From IMG/VR virus record IMGVR_UViG_3300032290_000052, positions 1 to 26,205 of that record: 26,205 nt of DNA. One strand, 5' to 3'. Both the position numbers and the translations under genes were made by a program. Origin of the DNA: a virus. Its lineage: Duplodnaviria; Caudoviricetes. Below, piece after piece: positions 1 through 7,579 of this stretch. The notes beneath the pieces are model-generated. The model searched no databases, had not been told where the DNA came from, and worked only from the letters and a program-made list of their open reading frames with translations. How positions within the stretch are numbered: position 1 is the stretch's first letter; each line of letters opens with the position of its first letter.

Positions 1-64
1 ATACTGGGGTTTTTGCTTTATGCACGTCAGACAGTCATCAAATATCACAAGTCACAAATTACTT

Positions 65-80
65 TATACAGTACTGTATA
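65..80. promoter_or_regulatory. Perfect 16-bp palindrome TATACAGTACTGTATA (operator-like; LexA-like half-sites)
   Basis: Self-complementary at 65-80; overlaps CTGTATATCCGTACAT (74-89), one mismatch from the CTG-N10-CAG SOS box. Confidence 0.45.
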
Positions 81-157
81 TCCGTACATGTATATGTACA
101 GGCCACGCTAGAAAGTACTGTACAAAAGGGGTCGAGCGATTCAAAATCGACTGTCCG

Positions 158-177
158 ATGACGTGCATGACGTGCAT
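158..177 (+). repeat. Short tandem repeat ATGACGTGC x2 + AT
   Basis: Direct repeats at 158-166 and 167-175, just upstream of ATG 184. Confidence 0.6.
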
Positions 178-183
178 ACAATT

Positions 184-399
184 ATGGCAACAAATAAAGC
201 AGGTAGACCCGCTTCAATTCGTACGCGCAATTTTAAGCGCCGATTGTCAGATAGCGACGCGCAGATTTTGGCGGCCGCCGGCGCCGGTGATGTATCCGCC
301 GGTTTTCGTAATTTGATCGCCTTGTATCAAGAACTGTACGCAATGGGATACAAAAGTATCGATGAAGTCCTTATAGCTTTTGATAATCGTCCAAAATAG
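184..399 (+). CDS. Small putative DNA-binding protein (71 aa; AGRP motif then ribbon-helix-helix-like pattern)
   Basis: In-frame ATG at 184 within ORF 163..399; MATNKAGRPASIRTRNFKRRLSDSDAQILAAAGAGDVSAGFRNLI: basic GRP motif, a strand-like segment, then two helices. Confidence 0.5.
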   Translation: MATNKAGRPASIRTRNFKRRLSDSDAQILAAAGAGDVSAGFRNLIALYQELYAMGYKSIDEVLIAFDNRPK

Positions 400-436
400 T
401 TGATAGGTTTTGACTATTAAATAAAGTGTTGCGGAT

Positions 437-470
437 TGTGTCTTAAAGCGCCCGCACCAAGACACATTTT
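437..470 (+). terminator. Possible intrinsic terminator hairpin
   Basis: TGTGTCTT (437-444) / AAGACACA (459-466) inverted repeat followed by TTTT; the 14-nt loop is long. Confidence 0.3.
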
Positions 471-493
471 ACATAACGCATTTTATTTTCGTG
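466..493 (-). other. dif-like XerCD site 1 (CACGAAAATAA-AATGCG-TTATGTAAAAT on the - strand)
   Basis: 11-6-11 architecture; XerD arm TTATGTAAAAT is 10/11 identical to E. coli TTATGTTAAAT; the XerC-side arm ends in ATAA. Confidence 0.55.
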
Positions 494-542
494 CCAGCAA
501 ATTAATTAGGGTCAGACCCCTCGACTTTTCCGGCGCAATAGG

Positions 543-565
543 CCCTCCCTATTACCCTCCCTCCC
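543..565 (-). other. Canonical G-quadruplex motif GGG-A-GGG-A-GGG-TAATA-GGG-A-GGG
   Basis: The + strand reads CCCTCCCTATTACCCTCCCTCCC, giving five G3 tracts with short loops on the - strand. Confidence 0.6.
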
Positions 566-575
566 TCGCCGCCAT

Positions 576-603
576 AATGCATATAACCTGCATTATGTAA
601 AAC
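576..603 (+). other. dif-like XerCD site 2 (AATGCATATAA-CCTGCA-TTATGTAAAAC)
   Basis: 11-6-11 architecture with the ATAA-N6-TTATG core of proteobacterial dif sites; inverted relative to site 1. Confidence 0.6.
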
Positions 604-629
604 GCGCTGCATAGTTTTTGCCTATTAGA

Positions 630-665
630 GTGAGTGCTTGCTAACGTAAGTTAGTGCTTACTAAC
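630..665. promoter_or_regulatory. Two tandem quasi-palindromes (GTGAGTGCTTGCTAAC, GTTAGTGCTTACTAAC), SlmA-binding-site-like
   Basis: 16-bp units at 630-645 and 650-665 with a 20-bp period; 12-bp cores GTGAGTGCTTGC and GTTAGTGCTTAC resemble the SlmA consensus GTgAGtaCTcAC. Confidence 0.5.
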
Positions 666-668
666 ATA

Positions 669-681
669 GGGGGGAGGGGGG
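669..681 (+). other. G-run GGGGGGAGGGGGG containing the KOPS octamer GGGGAGGG (671-678)
   Basis: Exact GGGNAGGG match. G-runs just upstream of terS could also mark a packaging/terminus region. Confidence 0.4.
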
Positions 682-720
682 TATGGCTGTCTTATAATAT
701 TTGCGGGTGCCTCCAACCCA

Positions 721-783
721 CAAAAAAAGCAAAAAAAGGCAAAATAGCAAAATAGCCTTTCTGGCAAACCAAATTAGCAAAAA
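721..783 (+). repeat. Roughly phased A-tracts and GCAAAATA repeats (intrinsically bent DNA)
   Basis: A-tracts start at 722, 731, 741 and 749 (8-10 bp spacing), with more at 766-783; upstream of TACAAT (790-795) and terS. Confidence 0.5.
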
Positions 784-826
784 GAGCTATACAATCCGAT
801 TGCTTCCAATTAAAAGGAAAAAAGCG

Positions 827-1165
827 ATGCCAGCACCAATTAAAGACCCGCCCTACGTTTTTCCGACGACGCTTGCGAAGACGGATACCCAGCGCATCAA
901 AGAACTAAAGCGCATGTTGATCGAGGGCCAAGGCGAGCATGTTGTCCAAAAGGTGTTGGACATTGCTTTGGAAGACGGACACCCAGGGCAAATGGCTGCG
1001 CTAAAGATGTGCATGGATCGTGCGCTACCGGCCAGCCTGTTCGAGAAGACTGCCGCACAACGCAGCGCCATTAACATCACCATATCGACGCTAGGCGCCC
1101 CGCAAGTAATCGAATCATCGCCAACCAACGACGACATAACGGACGTAGAGGCCAAAGATGGATGA
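827..1165 (+). CDS. terS: Putative terminase small subunit (112 aa)
   Basis: ATG 827 preceded by AAGGA; helical protein with ALEDG..QMAALKMCMDRALP and an acidic tail ITDVEAKD; lies upstream of terL. The TTG 701 extension runs through A-tracts and is unlikely. Confidence 0.65.
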   Translation: MPAPIKDPPYVFPTTLAKTDTQRIKELKRMLIEGQGEHVVQKVLDIALEDGHPGQMAALKMCMDRALPASLFEKTAAQRSAINITISTLGAPQVIESSPTNDDITDVEAKDG

Positions 1166-1559
1166 CTATCTAAATAGCTTAGGACTATCGCCGCAGGAAC
1201 TAAACAAGGTTATGTACCACCGGTCTAACATGGCCAAGCCTGGGGTTGACCCCGAAGGCAATCCAATCACCATCTACGCCACCGGCATTCAGATACCGTC
1301 TGGCAAGTACAAAGGCCAGTTCGTATCAATACCTGGGTATGTCGGCGGTAAGGTGATTGAAGACGAAAGCACGTTATGGAAAACGTGGAAGCGCGATATT
1401 GAAGCCGGTAAGTGGCCGATCTATCCAACCAGCAAAGCCTTGAACGAGCGCGACGCATGGCTGCATCAAATAATGGAGCGCGACATGGCGCTTGAGCGAG
1501 CCAAGCAAACGCCAGCCGAACCGGTGTTTTACAAAGACCCCTTCGGAGCGCCTGACTAA
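1158..1559 (+). CDS. Hypothetical protein between terS and terL (133 aa)
   Basis: GAGG upstream; overlaps both neighbours (coupled); no recognisable family; C-terminus VFYKDPFGAPD. Confidence 0.8.
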   Translation: MDDYLNSLGLSPQELNKVMYHRSNMAKPGVDPEGNPITIYATGIQIPSGKYKGQFVSIPGYVGGKVIEDESTLWKTWKRDIEAGKWPIYPTSKALNERDAWLHQIMERDMALERAKQTPAEPVFYKDPFGAPD

Positions 1560-2818
1560 TGTCTGACGTACATTTTCAGTTCCTGCCGTGGCAAGAGCAA
1601 GTGTTTGCTGATTCCACACGTTTTAAAGTGATCGCCGCTGGCCGACGCTGTGGCAAGTCTAGGTTAGCGGCCACTACGCTGCTGCTAGAAGGTCTGAAAT
1701 GTCCTGCCGGATCGGCTGTCTTGTATGTGGCGCCCACCAACGGCCAAGCCCGCCAGATTATCTGGAACGTACTAATGGAGCTGGGACGGGATGTAATCGC
1801 CAACAGTCACATCAACAATCAAGACATCACCCTAATCAACGGCGCAACTATCTATGTCAGAGGCGCCGATCGGCCAGACACCCTGCGCGGTGTGTCCTTG
1901 ACCTACGCCGTGCTGGACGAGGTGGCCGACATTAAGCCGGAAACGTGGGAACAGGTAATACGCGCGGCGCTCTCAGACAAGAAGGGTCGCGGGATGTTCA
2001 TCGGAACACCCAAAGGGCGCAACTGGTTCTATGATCTATTTCAGTTGGGCGAAGACGGCACTGACAAAGATTGGAAGAGCTGGCACTTCACCACCAAAGA
2101 CAACCCGCTAATTGATCCAGAAGAAATCGAGTCGGCCAAGAAGACGCTATCCACCTTTGCGTTTAAGCAGGAATACATGGCCAGTTTCAGTAATGCTGGC
2201 TCGGACATCTTTAAGGAAGAGTGGATCAAGTACGGTGAAGAGCCGACGCAAGGTAGTTACTTTGTGGCGGTGGACTTGGCCGGATTTGAAGAAGTGGCAC
2301 GACAAGCGGCCAACTCTAAGAAGCGGCTGGACGAGTCAGCCATTGCAGTAGTCAAAGTGACTGACGAGGGCAAATGGTGGATCAAGAAGATAGAACATGG
2401 CCGGTGGGATATTCGGGAGACGGCGGCCAAGATACTGATGGCCATGCGGGATTACCGACCGCTGTCGATTGGAATTGAGCGAGGCGCATTAAAAAACGCT
2501 GTTTTGCCGTATTTGAGTGACTTAATGCGTAAGAATAATGTATATTCGCACATAGTTGACCTAACGCACGGCAACCGGAAAAAGGCTGACCGGATTATCT
2601 GGAGCCTCCAAGGGCGTTTTGAGCATGGCAGGATTGTGCTTAATTCAGACGAGGATTGGGATATATTCCTAGATCAGCTTCTTATGTTCCCTGCACAGGG
2701 GGTACACGACGATTTGCCTGACGCCTTGTCCTATATAGACCAATTGGCCGTGACATCCTACATGCAAGAGGATGAATCCGACGATTGGGAACCGGTGGAC
2801 ATTATTTCGGGTGTATAA
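1559..2818 (+). CDS. terL: Terminase large subunit
   Basis: Adenine-binding motif FLPWQ, Walker A AGRRCGKS, Walker B AVLDE, coupling motif GTPKG, RNase H-like nuclease VAVDLA ... HDDLPDA. Confidence 0.97.
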   Translation: MSDVHFQFLPWQEQVFADSTRFKVIAAGRRCGKSRLAATTLLLEGLKCPAGSAVLYVAPTNGQARQIIWNVLMELGRDVIANSHINNQDITLINGATIYVRGADRPDTLRGVSLTYAVLDEVADIKPETWEQVIRAALSDKKGRGMFIGTPKGRNWFYDLFQLGEDGTDKDWKSWHFTTKDNPLIDPEEIESAKKTLSTFAFKQEYMASFSNAGSDIFKEEWIKYGEEPTQGSYFVAVDLAGFEEVARQAANSKKRLDESAIAVVKVTDEGKWWIKKIEHGRWDIRETAAKILMAMRDYRPLSIGIERGALKNAVLPYLSDLMRKNNVYSHIVDLTHGNRKKADRIIWSLQGRFEHGRIVLNSDEDWDIFLDQLLMFPAQGVHDDLPDALSYIDQLAVTSYMQEDESDDWEPVDIISGV

Positions 2819-4849
2819 ATGGATCAAAATGAATTCGATCAACCCACAGAAAACGACAAAGAACTAGTCAGTTTTGTGGTGGATCACTGCGATAGGTGGA
2901 GAACGTATCGCGATATTAACTTCCTCCCGCAATGGGAAGAATACGAGCGCATCTTCCGTGGCCAATGGGCGTCCGAAGACAAGACGAGAGAGTCTGAGCG
3001 CTCACGCATTGTCACCCCTGCAACGCAACAAGCCGTTGAAACCAGACACGCTGAGATTATTGAGGCGATCTTTGGTTCTGGCGAATTCTTTGACATCAAA
3101 GACGATTTGCAAGATGTCGATGGCAACCCGATGGATGTCGAGTTTTTGAAACTCCAGATGATGGAGGATTTCAAGCGCGACAAGTTGAGGAAGCATGTTG
3201 ACCAAGTGGTGTTGTTGGCTGAGATTTACGGCACGGGTATCGCCGAGATCACAACGTCAATGGAGAAAGAATTAGCTCCTGCGACGATGCCAATGCCAGG
3301 CCAAACACAAGCGGCCATCGGGACTGTTGAGAAGATGCGTGTGTCGGTCAAACCGATGCCGATTAATCCGAAAAATTTCCTGTGGGATCCCAACGGCACG
3401 ACCGTTGATGATTGCATGGGCGTGGCCATTGAGAAGTACGTATCGATTCACAAGGTGGTGCGGGGTATTGAGCGCGGAATTTATCGCAAGGTCAACATCA
3501 CGCCGACTTACGAAGATACGGATTTGGAGCCAACGCAGGAAGTTAGCCAGTACCAAGATGAGAAGGTGCTGCTCTTGACCTACTACGGTCTGGTGCCAAG
3601 AGAGTACCTGCAAAAGATTGAAGACGAGGACATTGTTGAGCTGTTCCCTGACGATTCAGCGGCTGAAGATTACCAAGACATGGTCGAGGCGATCATTGTT
3701 ATCGCTAACGATGGCCTGTTATTGAAGGCTGAAGAGAGTCCGTACATGATGAAGGATCGTCCTGTACTGACCTATCAGGCTGATACTGTCCCTAATAGAT
3801 TGCCTGGCCGTGGAACAATCGAAAAAGCCTACAACATGCAGAAATCCATTGATGCGCAAGTGCGTACTCACTTGGATTCACTGGCGTTGACTGCTTCCCC
3901 AATGATGGCCGTAGACGCAACGCGACTGCCGCGAGGCGCAAAGCTAACGGTTCAGCCTGGCAAGGCGATCTATACCAACGGCAACCCGAATGAGATTTTA
4001 TATCCGTTCAAGTTTGGCCAAACCGATGGTTCAAGCATTACAACGGCTGAAAAATTCCAGCAAATGCTCTTGCAAGCCACCGGCACATTAGATAGTAATG
4101 GCATGGTGTCTGCGGTTGGACGCGATGCGGCGGGTACTGGCATGTCGATGGCTGTGGCGTCGATCATCAAGAAGTACAAACGCACGTTAGTGAACTTTCA
4201 AGAAGACTTTTTGATTCCGTTCATCAACAAAGCAGCGTACCGCTTTATGCAATTTGACCCCGAACGGTACCCGTCGGTCGATATGGTATTCATTCCGACA
4301 GCTACGTTGGGTATTATTGCGCGTGAGTACGAGCAAGCGCAGTTTATTAGCTTACTTCAGACACTTGGCCCTGATACTCCGGTGCTGCCGATCATTCTGA
4401 AAGGTATTGTCGCCAATAGTTCGCTTTCCAACCGTGCTGAACTGATGGCGCGCTTGGATTCAATGGGTCAAGTTGATCCTGAAGCCCAGCAAAAGCAGAT
4501 GGTTCAAGAGCAATTGGCCTTGCAAGCAGCGCAAGCGCAGATTGCAGTCAATACGACGCAAGCCGAGCAGAATCGTGCTGAAGCAACCAAGATTATGATC
4601 GACACCAAGCTGAAACCCTTGGAAGTACAAGCCAAGATTCAGCAAGGGTTGACAGCTAACCTGCCAAATCAGGCCGATATGGCATCTAGAGAGTTTGACA
4701 AGCGGGTCAAGGTCGCTGAATTGATGCTGAAAGAAGCGGATATTAAGAACAAATCTAAGATTGTTGAGTTACAAATGTCAAAAGCCAAGGATAATGTCGT
4801 CGATGCTGAAAACGACTTCCTCGATGAACTGCAAAAGGGAATGCAATAA
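2819..4849 (+). CDS. Portal protein (P22-like, long C-terminal helical barrel)
   Basis: 676 aa directly after terL; podovirus portal-like segments (AEIYGTG, NPKNFLWDP, LPGRG) and a Q/A-rich coiled-coil C-terminus. Confidence 0.9.
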   Translation: MDQNEFDQPTENDKELVSFVVDHCDRWRTYRDINFLPQWEEYERIFRGQWASEDKTRESERSRIVTPATQQAVETRHAEIIEAIFGSGEFFDIKDDLQDVDGNPMDVEFLKLQMMEDFKRDKLRKHVDQVVLLAEIYGTGIAEITTSMEKELAPATMPMPGQTQAAIGTVEKMRVSVKPMPINPKNFLWDPNGTTVDDCMGVAIEKYVSIHKVVRGIERGIYRKVNITPTYEDTDLEPTQEVSQYQDEKVLLLTYYGLVPREYLQKIEDEDIVELFPDDSAAEDYQDMVEAIIVIANDGLLLKAEESPYMMKDRPVLTYQADTVPNRLPGRGTIEKAYNMQKSIDAQVRTHLDSLALTASPMMAVDATRLPRGAKLTVQPGKAIYTNGNPNEILYPFKFGQTDGSSITTAEKFQQMLLQATGTLDSNGMVSAVGRDAAGTGMSMAVASIIKKYKRTLVNFQEDFLIPFINKAAYRFMQFDPERYPSVDMVFIPTATLGIIAREYEQAQFISLLQTLGPDTPVLPIILKGIVANSSLSNRAELMARLDSMGQVDPEAQQKQMVQEQLALQAAQAQIAVNTTQAEQNRAEATKIMIDTKLKPLEVQAKIQQGLTANLPNQADMASREFDKRVKVAELMLKEADIKNKSKIVELQMSKAKDNVVDAENDFLDELQKGMQ

Positions 4850-6726
4850 TGGATATCGATAAACTGTTTAACGTCGATCAGGTTCCCGACAGCCTTTTTG
4901 ACTCGGTAAATAACACAGTCTCAGAAGCTCGGGCGATGCAGAAGAAAAAAGCTGCTGAAAACGCTCAAGCGGTCATTCAAGCGCTTCAGAAGATGAAGGG
5001 CGATTTAGAAGGCAAGTACGACAGCGTTTATTCAATGCTGGAGTCCCGCATTGCCAGCATTCAGGACGGTCGTGATGGTATTGACGGACGTGATGGGGTT
5101 AACGGTCGTGACGGTAAGAATGGCAAAGACGGTCTAGCTGGCCGTGATGGCCGCGATGGTGTGGATGGTATCAATGGTTTGGATGGTGCTGACGGTATAT
5201 CCATCGCTGATATACGTTTGGACTTCGATAACAGCCTAGTAATTACGCTATCCAATGGCCGTGAGATCAATGCCGGTGAAATACTACCGCCAGACATTAC
5301 TGATCGCTTGAAAATCATCATCAACCAAGGCGCAAGCGGTGCCGGCGGTGGTAGTGGCACAAGTTTGCCAGATCAGACAGGCAATGCCGGTAAGTTTTTA
5401 AGTACCGACGGCACCGATGCGTTATGGAGCACCCCCGCTGGTTCAGGTGATGTGGTTGGCCCAGCTTCGTCAGTTGATTCTGAACTTGTACTATTTAATA
5501 GCACTACTGGCAAACTAATTAAACGTGCAACGCTAACCGGTCTTGTTAAAGCAACGTCTGGTGTAGCAAGTGCTGCAACGGCAGGGACTGATTTTGTTGC
5601 CCCAGGTGGTGCTTTAGGTACACCAAGCAGCGGTACATTAACTAATGCGACCGGTTTGCCTTTGTCCACCGGTGTGACAGGTAGTCTGCCAGTTGTTAAT
5701 GGCGGTACAGGTCAAACTAGCTTTACTGATGGCCAACTGTTAATTGGTAACTCAAGCGGCAACACGCTAACCAAAGCAACGCTAACGGCTGGATCGAACA
5801 TAACGATTACGAATTCTGCCGGTGGCATTACGATTGCTGCGGCAGGTGGTGGTAGCGGTGACGTAGTTGGCCCAGCATCGTCCACCGATAACGCTGTTGT
5901 TAGATTTGATGGAACTACAGGTAAATTAGTTCAGAATTCGTCGTTTGCTGTTAATGATTCTGGCGAAGTTACCGCCGGTATATGGAAGGGTACTGAAATA
6001 ACGGTGCCGTATGGCGGCACGGGTGTCGCTACCATTACCGGAATTATCAAAGGCAATGGTGCATCAGCGTTTAGTGCTGCAACTGCTGGGACAGACTATC
6101 TTGCGCCACCATCTGGCACCGCATTGCTGAAAGCAAACAGCGGCGGGGCTTTGGCTAATGCTACGGCTGGAACCGATTATGTTGAGCCAGGTGGCGCGTT
6201 AGGCACACCTAGCTCTGGTACGTTGACCAATGCAACTGGTTTGCCAATCTCTACCGGTGTTAGTGGTTTAGGTACTGGCATTGCGACATTCTTGGCTACT
6301 CCTTCAGCCGCAAACTTAGCGTCAGCAGTTACCGAAGAAACAGGTTCAGGTTCACTTGTATTCGCTACGTCTCCTACTGTCAATAATCCGACAATTACTA
6401 ACTATGTTGAGTCAGTTGTTGCTATTGGTACTGTTACAACTGCTAGTACATTGTCATTAACTAACGGCACAGTCCAGACAGCTACATTAACGGCTTCTAC
6501 GGCTTGTACGTTCACAATGCCTACTGCTACGGCTGGTAAATCATTTATTCTATTGTTAAAGCAAGCTGCATCGACTGGTAACGGTACTGCTACGTTTACA
6601 GGTGTGAAATTTTCTGGTGGTACTGCTCCGACTATTACTGCTACGGCTGGCAAGATGGATATATTGACGTTTACGGCTGACGGAACTAATTGGTATGGAA
6701 GTTTTATTCAAAACTTTACGCCATAA
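4849..6726 (+). CDS. Collagen-repeat fibre-like virion protein (625 aa)
   Basis: N-terminal coiled coil, 15 G-X-Y triplets, then G/T/S/A-rich fibre repeats and a beta-rich C-terminal domain. Confidence 0.8.
   Translation: MDIDKLFNVDQVPDSLFDSVNNTVSEARAMQKKKAAENAQAVIQALQKMKGDLEGKYDSVYSMLESRIASIQDGRDGIDGRDGVNGRDGKNGKDGLAGRDGRDGVDGINGLDGADGISIADIRLDFDNSLVITLSNGREINAGEILPPDITDRLKIIINQGASGAGGGSGTSLPDQTGNAGKFLSTDGTDALWSTPAGSGDVVGPASSVDSELVLFNSTTGKLIKRATLTGLVKATSGVASAATAGTDFVAPGGALGTPSSGTLTNATGLPLSTGVTGSLPVVNGGTGQTSFTDGQLLIGNSSGNTLTKATLTAGSNITITNSAGGITIAAAGGGSGDVVGPASSTDNAVVRFDGTTGKLVQNSSFAVNDSGEVTAGIWKGTEITVPYGGTGVATITGIIKGNGASAFSAATAGTDYLAPPSGTALLKANSGGALANATAGTDYVEPGGALGTPSSGTLTNATGLPISTGVSGLGTGIATFLATPSAANLASAVTEETGSGSLVFATSPTVNNPTITNYVESVVAIGTVTTASTLSLTNGTVQTATLTASTACTFTMPTATAGKSFILLLKQAASTGNGTATFTGVKFSGGTAPTITATAGKMDILTFTADGTNWYGSFIQNFTP
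5068..5202 (+). repeat. Collagen-like (Gly-X-Y)15, proline-free, mostly G-X-D/N
   Basis: GRD GID GRD GVN GRD GKN GKD GLA GRD GRD GVD GIN GLD GAD GIS. Confidence 0.9.
5440..6261 (+). repeat. Internal duplicated fibre modules
   Basis: GSGDVVGPASS..F..TTGKL at 5440-5523 and 5851-5934; AGTD(F/Y)V.PGGALGTPSSGTLTNATGLP.STGV at 5581-5676 and 6166-6261; protein conserved with synonymous DNA divergence. Confidence 0.85.
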
Positions 6727-6735
6727 AGGGTAAGA

Positions 6736-7572
6736 ATGTTTGCTTTTACTAAATTGATGCAAGCAATGGCTTCCTCATCAGTTCTATCAACAATTGAAGT
6801 TTTAATTGTTGGTGGTGGTGGCGGTGGTGGTGCTGCAACTATTGGTGGCGGTGGAGGTGGTGGCGGTCTTGTTTATGATTCAACATTTTCTATAACTATT
6901 GGCTCTCCTTACACGATTACGGTAGGTGCTGGTGGCTCTGGAAATGGTGGTAATGGAACTAATTCAACTGGTTTTGGATATACAGCAACTGGTGGTGGAG
7001 CAGCAGGTTATTGGGGAACAACAACAACCAGAAATGGTAAAAATGGTGGTAGTGGTGGTTCTGCTGGTGAATATGCGGGTATCGGAACTGCTGGAACAAC
7101 AACTCAAACAACATATAGTGGTAAAGGTTTTGGCAGTAATGCTGGTGCTGGTTATGCAGTAGGATCAGTAATTAAAACTGGCGGCGGTGGTGGCTCTGGT
7201 GCTGTTGGTTCGGCTGCTACATCAACAAATGCTGGTAATGGTGGAGCAGGTAAAACGTATTCAATAAGTGGAACAGCTACTGGATATGCTGGCGGTGGTG
7301 GTGGATCAGATTACAACTCAACGAACCACGGAACAGCAACAGATGGCGGTGGAGCAGGTGGTACTACTGGAACTGCTGGAGCCGCAGGAACTGGTGGTGG
7401 CGGCGGGGCAGGAAGAAGCGGATCGGGCGTTGCTGGCGGTGGTGGAGTTTTAATTCTCCGTTATCCTGATACATTTGCGGCTGCTACATCAACTACAGGC
7501 TCTCCAACAATTACAGTTTCTGGTGGGTATCGCACGTATAAATGGACTGGAAACGGTTCTATTACATTCTAG
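6736..7572 (+). CDS. Glycine-rich virion/fibre-tip protein (278 aa)
   Basis: EVLIVGGGGGGG...GGGGGG, YTITVGAGG, GVLILRY, YRTYKWTGNGSITF: the phage glycine-rich domain pattern. Confidence 0.8.
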   Translation: MFAFTKLMQAMASSSVLSTIEVLIVGGGGGGGAATIGGGGGGGGLVYDSTFSITIGSPYTITVGAGGSGNGGNGTNSTGFGYTATGGGAAGYWGTTTTRNGKNGGSGGSAGEYAGIGTAGTTTQTTYSGKGFGSNAGAGYAVGSVIKTGGGGGSGAVGSAATSTNAGNGGAGKTYSISGTATGYAGGGGGSDYNSTNHGTATDGGGAGGTTGTAGAAGTGGGGGAGRSGSGVAGGGGVLILRYPDTFAAATSTTGSPTITVSGGYRTYKWTGNGSITF

Positions 7573-7579
7573 GTAAAGT

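Noticed and set aside
20-465. ORFs 20..316 (+) and 247..465 (-)
   Set aside because: They run through the palindrome cluster or shadow the 184..399 gene; no RBS or protein-like features.
543-566. KOPS on the minus strand
   Set aside because: The sequence gives GGGAGGG, not the 8-mer GGGNAGGG.
630-665. Mini CRISPR array or CIRCE (HrcA) element
   Set aside because: Only two 16-bp units with a 4-bp gap; does not fit TTAGCACTC-N9-GAGTGCTAA.
701-826. TTG-initiated Lys-rich extension of terS
   Set aside because: It is a translation of A-tracts; ATG 827 has an AAGGA RBS.
1559-2818. Intein or intron in terL (also considered for capsid and helicase)
   Set aside because: Lengths are normal, motifs are contiguous, and no splicing or homing endonuclease motifs were seen.
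5440-6261. Diversity-generating retroelement TR/VR pair
   Set aside because: The copies differ at synonymous positions of all bases rather than adenines only, both lie inside the CDS, and no reverse transcriptase is present.
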